From: Octopus sinensis
Lineage: Eukaryota
Direction of reading: 5' to 3'
Assembly (NCBI RefSeq): GCF_006345805.1
Contig: NC_043025.1
Location: forward strand, 4,712,001-4,776,000
DNA: 64,000 nt
The translations under genes and the position numbers were made by a program. Below are positions 26,501 through 38,430 of the stretch, piece after piece. The notes under the pieces were generated by a model. The model had not been told where the DNA came from, ran no database searches, and saw only the letters and a program-made list of their open reading frames with translations. Every line of letters starts with the position of its first letter. Position 1 is the stretch's first letter.

Positions 26501-26938
26501 AAGACAGCGTTCCAATCCCCACTAGTACTAGAGTGCGTGACGTTCCCAGGAAAACTTCCAGACGTTTGAAATAATCCGACTGCCCTGCTCCTGTCGGAGC
26601 GTAGGCAGCCAGCAGTCTGAAAGCACCGCCGTCACTACCGTCCACGTCGAGGACCACCAACTTACCTTCCGGATCCAAGAACTGTCCTTATTTTCAGGTC
26701 CAGGCCCTTCCGAACAACAACCGCAGTACCACCACCACCGCCCGCTCCCGGCCGACACGGAGATAGAAATATCTCGTATCCGCCGAAAAGGGCTGCGAGT
26801 TCCTGCGGGTCGGAGAGCCTGGTTTCACTGATGGCTGCTACATCCACATCATGAAACCTCAGGTCGTTTAACAGGTGACCCTGTTTCCAAGGTGACCCGA
26901 GGCCTCTCATTCAAGCAACCGATTCTAAGATTTGCCAT
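23533..26938 (-). pseudogene. Tx1-type ORF2 (APE endonuclease and reverse transcriptase), multiple frameshifts
   Basis: MANLRIGCLN.RGL, ISETRL, SYLDRVF, TDHKLV, GPGYWKLN, SPGLDGLPYELY, NFRPITLLNAELKILAKVLAKRL, AYADDVTV, LSLKGRAEVAN. Confidence 0.9.
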
Positions 26939-26975
26939 GTTTCAAAAGTTAGGAAAAAAAAGGAGAAAAAAGGCT

Positions 26976-28192
26976 CTACTTACTGTTGTTGGTGGTGGGG
27001 GTGGCTCCCTTGTGCTTTTGCACGGGTGCTTTAATAATATTTTTGTAAAGTTTCTGAGAGAAACTTTTCCCTAACGATCCCACATCGTTAGGGAATATTT
27101 GTTTTATTTCGTTGTAACTGTTTTGTTTATTTTAATTGTGAGAATGTGTGCTGGTGGTGTGTTGTGTGTAGGTATTATGAATTTGTATGTTTGTGCTTGT
27201 TTGTTTTTCAAATACTCAACCAGTTCCTGGTTTCTTGTATTCACTGCTGTATCGTGTCTGTAATTGTGTCTGTGTTTGTTTGTGTCTGTGGTAGTGGCAG
27301 TAGTGGTGTCGAAAGTGTTGTTGTTGTTGTTGTTGTTGTGAGTGTGTGTTGTTGTTGATGTTGTTGTTGATGTTGGGAAGTACTGTTTGTTCGTGCTTCC
27401 CTGTAAATCTTTTTGTTTTTCCTCCTTTTCTTTTTGGAGGTACTATGTGTCCATTCTCCTTTGTTGGAATCGGAGCTCGCACAATCCGAGATCTCTTCAT
27501 CCGGCAAGGAATGGTTGAGGGGTCTGCTTCAGTAGCAGGACGAAAAGTTTCTCTGTTTCCACCGGTATCGGTGGTGCCGCTGCTCCTGTTACTGTTGATG
27601 TCGCTGCTGTCGACCTTCGAGGTACTGGTGTCGGTGTTGGTTTGCTGGTGGTTGTCGGTGTTGTTTGGTGGTGGTTGTTGTTGTTGGAGGTGGTTGTTGC
27701 TCGTCTTGGTGCTGGTGTTGGTGATGGTGTTGGTGGTGTGGCATCCTTTGGTGTTTCTTGCTGTTTTGTTTGTTTCTGTTGTTGTTTGCTTGTTGTTGTT
27801 GTTGTTGTTTTGCTGTTGCTGCCTCTTGCTATATTCCTCCATTCTCTTTTTTGAATGGGCAGTCCCTTTTTAGTGGCTTTCGCTACTGCAGAGAAACATT
27901 TTGGCTTTCGCCCCTCTACAATAACATTTAGCCTTGTCCCATCCAGCAAGATGACAAAGTCAGGTATGGCATGATGTTTTCCTGCTGGAATCTGTACCAG
28001 CAGTTGAATACCCATGCCTGACCAGTTCTTTTCTCGTACCCTCCGAACATTCAGAATAGTGGCATTGTCCTCTATGCCATCGAGGACAGCCGCCACTAGC
28101 CATGAGATTTTCTGTTCGGGGGGTATTGTGCTTATAGTTATTTTTTGTACCTTACGGCCCGAGGTACGTCGGGACGAGGAACAAATGTTCAT
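26976..28192 (-). pseudogene. Tx1-type ORF1 (RRM-like region, CCHC zinc knuckle, low-complexity tail), frameshifted, possibly 5'-truncated
   Basis: KITISTIPPE..WLVAAVL and TRLNVIVEGRKPKCF. Correcting two 1-nt deletions gives CFxCSSESHxKRDCP (CX2CX4HX4C). Confidence 0.7.
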
Positions 28193-28289
28193 TTTGCAAG
28201 GGCGAAATGGCGTTCGCCCTTGCAGATAATAATTATAATTATAATAATAATGATGATAATAATAATGATAATAATAATAATAATAATAA

Positions 28290-28515
28290 TCCTTTCTACC
28301 ATCGGTACAAAACTTGAAATTTGTCAGGGGGAGGAGAACTATAGTCGATTACATCGACCCCAGTGCTCAACTGGTAATTAACTTATCGACCCTGAAAGGA
28401 TGAAAGGCAAAGTTGACCTTGGCGGAATTTGAACTCACAGCATACTGACTGACAGGGGAAATACTGCTAAGCATTTTGCTCGGCATGCTAACAATTCTGC
28501 CAGCTTCCTGCCTTA
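28290..28515 (-). mobile_element. SINE family C with (ATT)n tail
   Basis: Reverse complement has head ggcagaattgttagcatgcc and central gtcaactttgcctttcatcc. Its tail is the (AAT)n that abuts the Tx1 5' end. Confidence 0.75.
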
Positions 28516-28658
28516 ATAATAATGATGACGACAACGATGATGGTGATGATGGTGATGATGGTGATGCCGGTGGTGATGTCCACATGGTCAACTGAATGAC
28601 CAGAGATTATAAAGTAGAATTTTGTCAAATACATGTATGTGTTTTTGTGTAAATATAT

Positions 28659-28690
<32 letters not shown>

Positions 28691-28740
28691 TAGAATACCA
28701 TACATATAGATACATATATAGACATATATACATACATGAG

Positions 28741-28788
<48 letters not shown>

Positions 28789-29009
28789 TACAAATATGTG
28801 CATACAAATATATAATATATATATGTGTATATATATTATATATATATATATACTCACACACACATTTCCAAGCACAGGTGTGGCTGTGTGGTAAGGAATT
28901 CGGTTCCCAACCACATGTTCTGGTTTAGTTCCACTGCATGACACCTTGAGCAAAGCTCTGTGAATGAATGTGGTACACAGCAACTGAAAGCAGCTCATAT
29001 AATATATAT

Positions 29010-29224
29010 ACTTTTTTACTTGTTTCAGGCATTTGACTGCGGTCATGCTGGAGCACCACCTTTAGTCGAGCAAATCGACCCCGGGACTTATTCTTTTGTA
29101 AGCCCAGTATTTATTCTATCGGTCTCTTTTGCCGAACCGCTAAGTGACGGGGACGTAAACACACCAGCATCGGTTGTCAAGCAATGCTAGGGGGACAAAC
29201 ACAGACACACAAACACACACACGC

Positions 29225-29256
<32 letters not shown>

Positions 29257-29628
29257 GGCACGTAAAAAGCACCCACTACACTCACGGAGTGGTTGGCGTT
29301 AGGAAGGGCATCCAGCTGTAGAAACATTGCCAGATAAGACTGGAGCCTGGTGCAGCCTTCTGGCTTCCCAGATCCCCGATCGAACCGTCCAACCCATGCT
29401 AGCATGGAGAACGGACGTTAAACAATGATGATGATGATATATATATATATATATATACATATATACTACGGGCTTCTTTCAGTTTCCATCTACCAAATCC
29501 ATTCACAAGGCTTTGGTCAGCCCGAGGCTATAGTAGAAGACACTTGCCCAAGGTGCCATGCAGTGGGACTGAATCCGGAACCATGTGGTTGGTAGACAAG
29601 CTACTTACCACCCAGCCACTCCTGCACC
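29010..29628 (-). mobile_element. SINE family A split by an RTE 3'UTR insertion (+, ~29255-29440) in its internal (TA)n
   Basis: 3' half 29010-29230 and 5' half 29465-29628. The insert reads ggcacgtaaaaagcaccc..gatgatgatg. Confidence 0.8.
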
Positions 29629-29629
29629 T

Positions 29630-29850
29630 AGTCAACGGCCATCCAATAAATGTCTTAAGGCTGTATCATGTGCAGGGACATAGAAATAATCGGACTGAAT
29701 ACCCGATCGCGCGGTTAAACCATTGGGAGTGAAGGACTCCTAGCCTTTGTTAGGGCATCCTTCTAGGAGAAGGTAACTCAGGTAACTGGGATAACTCCAA
29801 CATAAAACGTGCGGCTCAGTGGTTACCGATGATGTTGACTTGTTGTTCTT
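29630..29850 (-). mobile_element. Unclassified fragment resembling an RTE 5'UTR
   Basis: Reverse complement contains ccttctcctagaaggatgccctaacaaaggctaggagtcc; recognised from memory only. Confidence 0.3.
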
Positions 29851-30309
29851 TTCGGACGGACGGACGGACGTACATACATACATACATATTGTGTACAGAC
29901 AAGTGAATAGTTTAAAAAGCACATTACTTCACAGCGATGATGAAAGAAGAGCAGAGTAATAATACAAGAGTGTTTGTTCGTTAACAAAAGCGGTTAAGAA
30001 GATTAATAAAAATATTAATAACCATAATAGTGGAGGATGATAAGTATAATAAGCGATTGTAACAGCAACAACATTCATAAAGAGTTCAACAACAATGGCA
30101 AAGGCACTCGTGAATTACAGGACAAAGATTCATGCGTGGTTATCACATAACACACGGACACACTGACACACATGTAGTCACAACATGTACAAAGCATACA
30201 TGCTTTTGCACAAGATTCCAAACACACACATACATGCAGATGCAGGCATGGATGCTTCGTAAATAAGAAGCTCGCTTCGTAGTCGAATGGTTTCAAGTTC
30301 AGTGCCACC

Positions 30310-30870
30310 ATACTCTTTTACTCTTTTACTTGTTTCAGTCATTTGACTGCGGCCATGCTGGAGCACCGCCTTTAGTCGAGCAAATCGACCCCAGGACTTA
30401 TTCTTTGTAAGCCTAGTACTTATTCTATTGGTCTCTTTTACCAAACCGCTAAGTTACAGGGACGTAAACACACCAGCATCGGTTGTCAAGTGATGTTGGG
30501 GGGACAAACACAAACACACACACATATATATATATACATATATATACGACGGGCTTCTTTCAGTTTCCCTCTACCAAATCCACTCCCAAGACTTTGGTTG
30601 GCCTGAGGCTATAGTACAAAACACAAGGTGCCATGCAGTGGGACTGAACCCAGAACCATGTGGTTGGGAAGCAAGCTTCTTACCACATAGCCACACCTGC
30701 ATCTATATATATATATATGACAGGCTTCTTTCAGTTTCCGTCTACCAAATCCACTCACAAATCTTTAGTCAGCCTGAGGCTACAGTAGAAGACACTTGCC
30801 CAAGGTGCCACACAGTGGGACTGAACCTAGAAGCGTGTGGTTGGGAAGCAAGCTTCTTACCACACAGCCA
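30310..30870 (-). mobile_element. SINE family A with duplicated 5' half
   Basis: 3' half followed by two head units. Confidence 0.8.
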
Positions 30871-31149
30871 CGCTACAACACACTGTCCATTCATACTTGA
30901 CCTCAGCCACATGATCAGCAGGGTCCAAAAAGGCTTCTATTGAAAATCTCTAATCAATAACAAATGCTAGTACAGAAAAAAAAAAATAGACAACTGGTTA
31001 TACAAGTCATGAGCTACTGCCTGCGCTTACCAACACCAATGCTGACCAAGTATACTGGTCAATCAGGCTATTGTCCACTGCAGTGTTAGTAAGATATTGC
31101 ACAATGGTTAATGACTACCAGCCACACCATGTCCAATCTCTATTTAGAT

Positions 31150-32010
31150 AGACACCGGTGCTATCATCATCATCATCATCATTGTTCGACCGTGGTCGAG
31201 ACAATGGTATTTACCATGCTACGCCAGACTTCACGGTCCATCATAGCATTACAGAAGTCCTGTTGCTGGATGCCTGTATCCCTGGAGATTACATCAGAGT
31301 AGGAGAGTGTGTGCCCTCTGGTATTGCAAGCAGATAGCTTCCAGAGGAGAAGAGTAGAGATTACCTCGTTTTCAGCTCTACAACAATGTCCAGCAAACTG
31401 GACTCTTCTGCTTTTCACAAGAGATGACACAGGTGGTAGTTTCCCATATATTTGTACTTTGGTTGGATGACGCTTCCACGAGAGATTTTGAGCTCTCATA
31501 AGGAGGCGAGTGTAGGTTCCATCCAACTGCTTCTCGAAGAGTGTGTGCCCTCTGGTATCGCGAGTAGATGGCTTCCAGAGGAGAAGAGTAGAGATTACCT
31601 CGTTTTCAGCTCTACAACAATGTCCAGAAAACTGGACTCTTCTGCCTTTCACAAGAGATGACACAGGTGGTAGTTTCCCATATATTTGTACTTTGGTTGG
31701 ATGACGCTTCCACGAGAGATTTTGAGCTCTCATAAGGAGGCGAGTGTAGGTTCCATCCAACTGCCTCTCGAAGAGTGTGTGCCCTCTGGTATCGCGAGTA
31801 GATGGCTTCCAGAGGAGAAGAGTAGAAATTGCCTCTTTTTCAGCTCTACAACAACGTCCAGCAAACTGGACTCTCCTACCTTTCACAAGAGATGCTACAG
31901 GTGGTAGTTTACCATATATTTGCATTTTTGTTGGATGTCACTTCCACGAGAGATTTTGAGCTCTCATAAGGAGGCAAGTGTAAATTCCATCCAACCACCT
32001 CTCAAGCTTC
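31150..32010 (-). mobile_element. RTE-like LINE 3' end with in-frame 234-bp tandem repeats
   Basis: ORF 31179-31925 repeats LDGTYTRLLMRAQNLSWKRHPT..RRVQF.GHCCR with a 78-aa period and ends [11 protein letters not shown], followed by (GAT)n. Confidence 0.85.
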
Positions 32011-32709
32011 TTTGATAACGTCCAGGTTTCTATAACGTCCGGTGCTATACCTCCCTAAGAAGGTTAAGGGAAGGCCTAGTACAGTGGTTCCTGATGATTT
32101 TGGCACCATAGAATGGTTTTATGCAAGGCAATTATCCCATGGATTGAGGGATCATGTGCAAAACAGAACACAATAAAGTGCATCATATACAATTTATTTA
32201 TAATGTGTGTGTGTGTGTGTTCGTCCTCCAGCACCATTTGGTAACCGGTGTTGGTGTGTTTACATCCCTGTGAGACATATATATATATATAAGTAAAGGA
32301 TAAAAGATATACTGGGATTGATTTGCTCAACTAAAATCCTTCAAGGTGGTGGGTGCCCCAGCATGGCCACAGTCCAATGACTGAAAAAAGTAAGAGATAA
32401 AAGATACACTGGGATTGATTTGTTCAACTAAAAACCTTCGAGGTGTTGCCCCAGCATGGCCACAGTCCAATGACTGAAACAAAGTTAAAAGATAAACACC
32501 AGAATAACTGCTTAACAGGTGGGCTTTGTCATGTTCTGATTATGCACTCCATTTCACACACAGAACAATGCTATCTCTTGACTGTCTCAGATTATAAAAA
32601 AAAACCTTTGTGTTGATAAAGCAGAGCATTTACAGACAAGATACGATGTGCATTCCAGAAGTTTTTAGACTACTTTTGAGGAAAGGCACTTGTAACTGTC
32701 CTAGATACT

Positions 32710-33329
32710 TTTACTCTTATTACTTGCTTCAGTCATTTGACTGTGGCCATGCTGGAGCACCGCCTTTAGTCGAGCAAATCGACCCCGGGACTTATTCTTT
32801 GTAAGCCCAGTACTTATTCTATCGGTTTCTTTTGCTAAACCGCTAAGTTACGGGGACATAAACATACCAGCATCGGTTGTCAAGCGATGTTGGGGGAACA
32901 AACAAACATATACACACACACATATATACATATACACGACAGGCTTCTTTCAGTTTCCATCTACCAAATCCACTCACAAGGCTTTGGTCCGCCTGAGGTT
33001 ATAGTAGAAGACACTTGCCCAAGGTGGCACACAGTGGGACTGAACCTGGAATCATGTGGTTGGTGAGCAAGCTACTTACCACACAGTCACTCCTGCACCT
33101 ATAGTATACTCTTTTACTCGTTTCAGTCATTTGACTGTGGCCATGCTGGAGCACCGCCTTTAGTTGAGCAAATCGACCCCAGGATTTATTCTTTGTAAGC
33201 CTAGTACTTATTCTAATGGTTTTTTTTGCCGAACCGCTAAGTTACGGGGACGTAAATACACCAGCATCGGTTGTGTAGCAATGCTAGAGGGACAAATACA
33301 GACACACAAACATTCACACACACACACAC

Positions 33330-33369
<40 letters not shown>

Positions 33370-33550
33370 TATATATATATACATACACAGGCTTCTTTCA
33401 GTTTCCGTCTACCAAATCCATTCACAAGGCTTTGGTCGGCCTGAGGTTATAGTAGAAGACACTTGCCCAAGGTGCCAATGCAGTGGGACTGAACCCGGAA
33501 CCATGTGGTTGGTAAGCAAGCTACTTACCACACAGCCACTCCTGCACCTA
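32710..33550 (-). mobile_element. Two adjacent SINE family A copies
   Basis: Copies at ~32710-33100 and ~33105-33550. Confidence 0.85.
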
Positions 33551-33839
33551 TAGCATGATGAACTTTAGATTGCAAAAGTGTTTAAATTAAGTCTGATGTT
33601 TTAACTAGTGCTCTGTGTCATATGACAGGTCGTGTATCAACAGATTAAGAGAAAGAAGTGGCTTTGCAAATGGCATATAATATGATATATGTTTGCTTTC
33701 ATTTCTAAATCTGGCTGTGTGGTAAGAAGTTGGATGAAAGACAAAGTCAACCTTGGCAAAACTTGAACTTAGAATGTAAAAATGAATGAAATGCCTCTAA
33801 GCATTTTTTCTTGGTATACTATCAATTCTGCGAGCTTTC

Positions 33840-33894
<55 letters not shown>

Positions 33895-33900
<6 letters not shown>

Positions 33901-35172
33901 TACATTGTTTTGTCTTGGTATAAAAGATGGGCTACAGCAAATATTCTGCTCAATACCACAGATTTGATGCAGTACCAGGCAGTGGCTCTCATGCTTCTGA
34001 TCTTAACTGATTGGAAGTGTTATCATGTACATTATTTTGTCTTGGTATAAAAGATGGGCTACAGCAAATATTCTGCTCAATACCACAGATTTGATGCAGT
34101 ACCAGGCAGTGGCTCTCTGGCTTCTGATCTTAACTGATTGGAAGGTTATCGGTATATTGTTTTGTCTTGGTATAAAAGATGGCCTACAGCAAATATCTGC
34201 TCAATGCCACAGATTTGATGCAGTGACCAGCAGTGGCTCTCATGGCTTCTGATCTTAACTGATTGGAAGTGTTATCATGTACATTGTTTTGTCTTGGTAT
34301 AAAAGATGGCCTACAGCAAATATTCTGCTCAATACCACAGATTTGCTAATGCCCTGATGCAGTACCAGGCAGTGGCTCTCATGGCTTCTGATCTTAATTG
34401 ATTGGAAGTGTTATCATGTACATTGTTTTGTCTTGGTATAAAAGATGGCCTACAGCAAATATTCTGCTCAATGCCACAGATTTGATGCTGTACCAGGCAG
34501 TGGCTCTCATGGCTTCTGATCTTAATTGATTGGAAGTGTTATCATGTACATTGTTTTGTCTTGGTATAAAAGATGGGCTACAGCGAATATTCTGCTCAAT
34601 ACCACAGATTTGCTAATGCCCTGATGCAGTTCCAGGCAGTGGCTCTCATGGCTTCTGATCTTAACTGACTGGAAGTGTTATCATGTACGTTGTTTTGTCT
34701 TGGTATAAAAGATGGCCTACAGTAAATATTCTGCTCAATACCACAGATTTGCCTGTCAGTTGTTTGACCATAACCAGTTGAGCATGTCCCTTAGTGGCTG
34801 ACGATATGTGCATCTCTGATCACGAGCAGAAGTAGTGGGGGAGCATCATAGCCATGTGTTGAGAGGGATTCTGTGGAGTTTGAATAATTCACCTCTGGAA
34901 ACATGGGTGGTTCTTTCAACATCCTTAAACAACCCTTATTCAGGGACCTTTTGAGCGGGATGGGTTACTCGACCAGAAGAAAATTCTAACTGGGCCCCAC
35001 CTGTAAGGTCATGCGCTGTTTACCTTGATATGAGATCACCATGTCGCACACATATGGTTGTGATGCATGTGCCAGGTGTACCCTTATCAGACGGGTAGTC
35101 ATGATGGGTATATTGGGCTTCGTATATTTTACCCCAGTGTCACTTTGATGGCATGCACTGCTCTCTCACTCA
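33895..35172. mobile_element. Unclassified (AAT)n-flanked repeat whose terminal ~127 bp is arrayed about 7 times
   Basis: Units start at ~33901, 34028, 34153, 34280, 34419, 34547 and 34686. A single-unit copy lies at 44034-44315. Confidence 0.7.
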
Positions 35173-35179
35173 ATAATAA

Positions 35180-35910
35180 TAATAATAATTTATTTCTTTA
35201 CTACCCACAAGGGGCTAAACATAGAGGGAATAAACAAGGACAGACAAAGGGATTAAGTCGATTACATCGACTCCAGTGCGAAACTGGTACTTTATTTATC
35301 GACCCCGAGAGGATGAAAGGCAAAGTCGACCTAGGCGGAATTTGAACTCAGAACGTAACGACAGACGAAATACCGATAAGCATTTTGCCCGGCGCGCTAA
35401 CGTTTCTGCAAGCTGGCCGCCTATAATAATAATAGTAATAATAATAATAATCCTTTCTCTACTATAGGCACAAGGCGTGAAATTTCGTTGAAAGGGGACT
35501 AGTCAATTACATCGACCCCAGTGTTTCACTGGTACTTAATTTATTGACCCTGAAAGGATAAAGGCAAAATTGACCTTGGCAGTGTTTGAACTCAGAACAT
35601 GAAGATCGACAGAATACTGCTAAGCATTTTGCCTGGCGTGCTAACAATTCCGCCAGCATGTCTCCTCCTTAATAACAACAATAATAATACTCTCTACTAC
35701 AAGTACAAGGTCTGAAAATTTGTGGGGAGGGAGCTGGTCGATTCGATTACATCGACCCCAGTGTTTCACTGGCACTTCATTTATTGACCCTGAACAGACG
35801 CAAGGCAAAGTCGACCTTGGCAGAACTTGAACTCAGAAAGTAAAGATGGAGAAAATACCATTAAGGATTTTGCCCGACACGCTAATGATTCTGCCAGCTC
35901 ACCGTCTTTT
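35180..35910 (-). mobile_element. Three successive SINE family C copies separated by (AAT)n
   Basis: Copies at ~35180-35420 (Tx1-like tail), ~35450-35670 and ~35690-35910 (alternative tail). Confidence 0.8.
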
Positions 35911-35993
35911 TAATAACAACAACAATAATAATAATCCTTTCTACTAAAGGCATAAGGTCTGAAAATTTGTGGGGAGGGGGCTGTATATATATA

Positions 35994-36590
35994 TATATGA
36001 ACCGGTGGCACGTAAACAGCACCATCTGAAGGTGGCCGATGCCAGCGCCACCTAGACTGGCTTCTGTGCCGGTGGCACGTAAAAAGCGCTATTCGAATCG
36101 TGGCCGATGCCAGCATCGCCATGACTGGCTTCCGTGCCGGTGGCACATAAAAAGCACCATCTGAATTGTGGCCGATGCCAGTGCCGCCTTGACTGGCTTC
36201 TGTGCAGGTGGCACATAAAAAGCGCTATCCGAATCGTGGCCGATGCCAGCGCCGCCTTGACTGGCTTCCGTGCCGGTGGCACGTAAAAAGCACCATCCGA
36301 TTCGTGGCCGATGCCAGTGCCGCCTTGACTGGCTTCCGTGCCGGTGGCATGTAAAATGCACCAATCCGATCGTGGCAGTTGCCAGCCTCGCCTGGCACCT
36401 GCAGGTGGCAGGAAAAAGCACCCACTACACTCACGGAGTGGTTGGTGTTAAGAAGGGAATCTAGCTGTAGAAACACTGCCAGATCAGACTGGAGCCTGCT
36501 GCAGCCTCCTGGCTTCCCAGATACCCGGTCGTACCGTCCAACCCATGATAGCATGGAGAACAGATGTTAAACGATGATGATGACACACTC
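35994..36590 (+). mobile_element. RTE LINE 3'UTR with ~68-bp VNTR (about 6 units)
   Basis: ccggtggcac.taaa recurs at ~36003, 36069, 36137, 36204, 36273 and 36341, followed by the standard tail and (GAT)n. Confidence 0.8.
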
Positions 36591-36817
36591 ATGCACACAT
36601 ATATACGACAGGCTTCTTTCAGTTTTCAATACCAAATCCACTCACAAGGTTTTGGTCGGCCCACGGCTACAGTAGAAGGCACTTGCCCAAGGTGCCACGC
36701 AGTGAGACTGAACCCGGAACCATGTAGTTCGTAAGCAAGCTACTTACCACACAGCCACTCCTACGCCTTGTGCCAAAATTTGAAACAATCACAGAGCAAA
36801 AATCTGAAAAGCTACTT

Positions 36818-36900
36818 ACAAATGCTAAGAAACCATGCACGATTGGCAAAGAATTTGGGCTTCCAGTGGCAGGTAGAATCACAAAACTCAGTCACGGAAA
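36818..36900 (+). pseudogene. hAT (Buster-type) transposase fragment
   Basis: AKKPCTIGKEFGLPVAGRI resembles the Buster/ZBED5 motif AKKPHTIGE.LILPAA. Confidence 0.45.
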
Positions 36901-36989
36901 GACCTGTGCAAATGAAAGACAAAAAAGAAAAACATAATTAATGACCAATTTGTATGAGTCATTGTACAAAATTAAAGGAAATACAACAT

Positions 36990-37405
36990 AGGCGCAGGAG
37001 TAGCTGTGTGGTAAGTAGCTTGCTAACCAACCAGATGGTTCCGGGTTCAGTTCCACTGCGTGGCACCTTGGGCGAGTGTCTTCTACTATAGCCCCGGGCC
37101 GACCAATGCCTTGTGAGTGGATTTGGTAGACGGAAACTGAAAGAAGCCTGTCGTATATATGTATATATATATATATATATATGCGTGTGTGCGTTTGTGT
37201 GTCTGTGTTTGTCCCCCTAGCATTGCTTGACAACCGATGCTGGTGTGTTTACGTCCCTGTCACTTAGCGGTTCGGCAAAAGAGACCGATAGAATAAGTAC
37301 TGGGCTTACAAAGGATAAGTCCCGGGGTCGATTTGCTCGACTAAAGGCGGTGCTCCAGCATGGCCGCAGTCAAATGACTGATACATGTAAAACAGTAAAA
37401 GAGTA
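36990..37405 (+). mobile_element. SINE family A, full length
   Basis: All blocks present. Confidence 0.85.
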
Positions 37406-37589
37406 TTTGTGAATCATGGGGGGAAATTAATAATTCTAGATGCAGCTTATGAACTGAATCATTTTAAAAAATCTATTTTACACCAACATACTTGATGCTG
37501 ACCTCTCGTTCAATGACACAAGCTTCCTGTTGTAAAGTGGTCCAAATTAAAATTGTCCATTGTAATGTTAATTTCTGTTCCTAACACCA

Positions 37590-38115
37590 GAAATTTATTT
37601 TACTCTTTTACTTGTTTCAGTCATTTGACTGCGGCCATGCTGGAGCACCACCTTTAGTCGAGCAAATCGACCCCGGGACTTATTCTTTGTAAGCCCAGTA
37701 CTTATTCTATCGCTCTTTTTTTGCCGAACCGCTAAGTGACGGGGACGTAAACACACCAGCATTGGTTGTCAAGCAATGCTAGGGGGACATACACAGACAC
37801 ACAAACATATACACACACATACATATATACGACAGACTTCTTTCAGTTTCCGTCTACCAAATCCACTCACAAGGCATTGGTCGGCCCGGGGCTATAACAG
37901 AAGACGCTTGCCCAAGATACCACGCAGTGGGACCAAACCCGGAACCATGTGGTTGGTTAGCAAGCTACTTACCACACAGCCACTCCTATACGACAGGCTT
38001 CTTTCAGTTTCCATCTACCAAATCCACTCACAAGGCATTGGTCGGCCCGAGGCTATAACAGAATACACTTGCCCAAGGTGCCAATGCAGTGGGACTGAAC
38101 CCGGAACCATGTGGT
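37590..38115 (-). mobile_element. SINE family A with two tandem heads
   Basis: Head unit repeated at ~37830 and ~37990. Confidence 0.85.
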
Positions 38116-38334
38116 TGGTAAGAAAGCTACTTACCACACAGCCACTCCTGCACCTATTTTACTAAATTCTTTATTATTTTCAAAATTGTGGCATGTAAAA
38201 AGCACCAATCTTATCGTGGCCATTGCCAGCCTTTCCTGGCACTTGTGCCGGTGGCACGTAAAAAGCACCCACTACACTCACAGAGTGGTTGGCGTTAGGA
38301 AGGGCATCCAGCTGTAGAAACACTGCCAGATCAG

Positions 38335-38430
38335 ACTTCTCCATTGGTGAGCCTCGCTGTCCATGGAATCCGTAAAAATCTTCTCCAACACCAAAGCATT
38401 TTATGAGGTTTCTTTCTTTTCTGGAAACTC
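38335..38430 (-). pseudogene. RTE ORF fragment
   Basis: Minus frame reads MLWCWRRFLRIPWTARLTNGE, matching the RTE motif EMWCWRR.LRIPWTAR..N. Confidence 0.7.

Larger units (their letters stand above)
23258..28225 (-). mobile_element. L1/Tx1-clade non-LTR retrotransposon, near full length
   Basis: ORF1 plus APE-RT ORF2, ~275-nt 3'UTR with AATAAA (plus-strand tttatt 23266-23271), and (AAT)n on both flanks. Confidence 0.92.
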
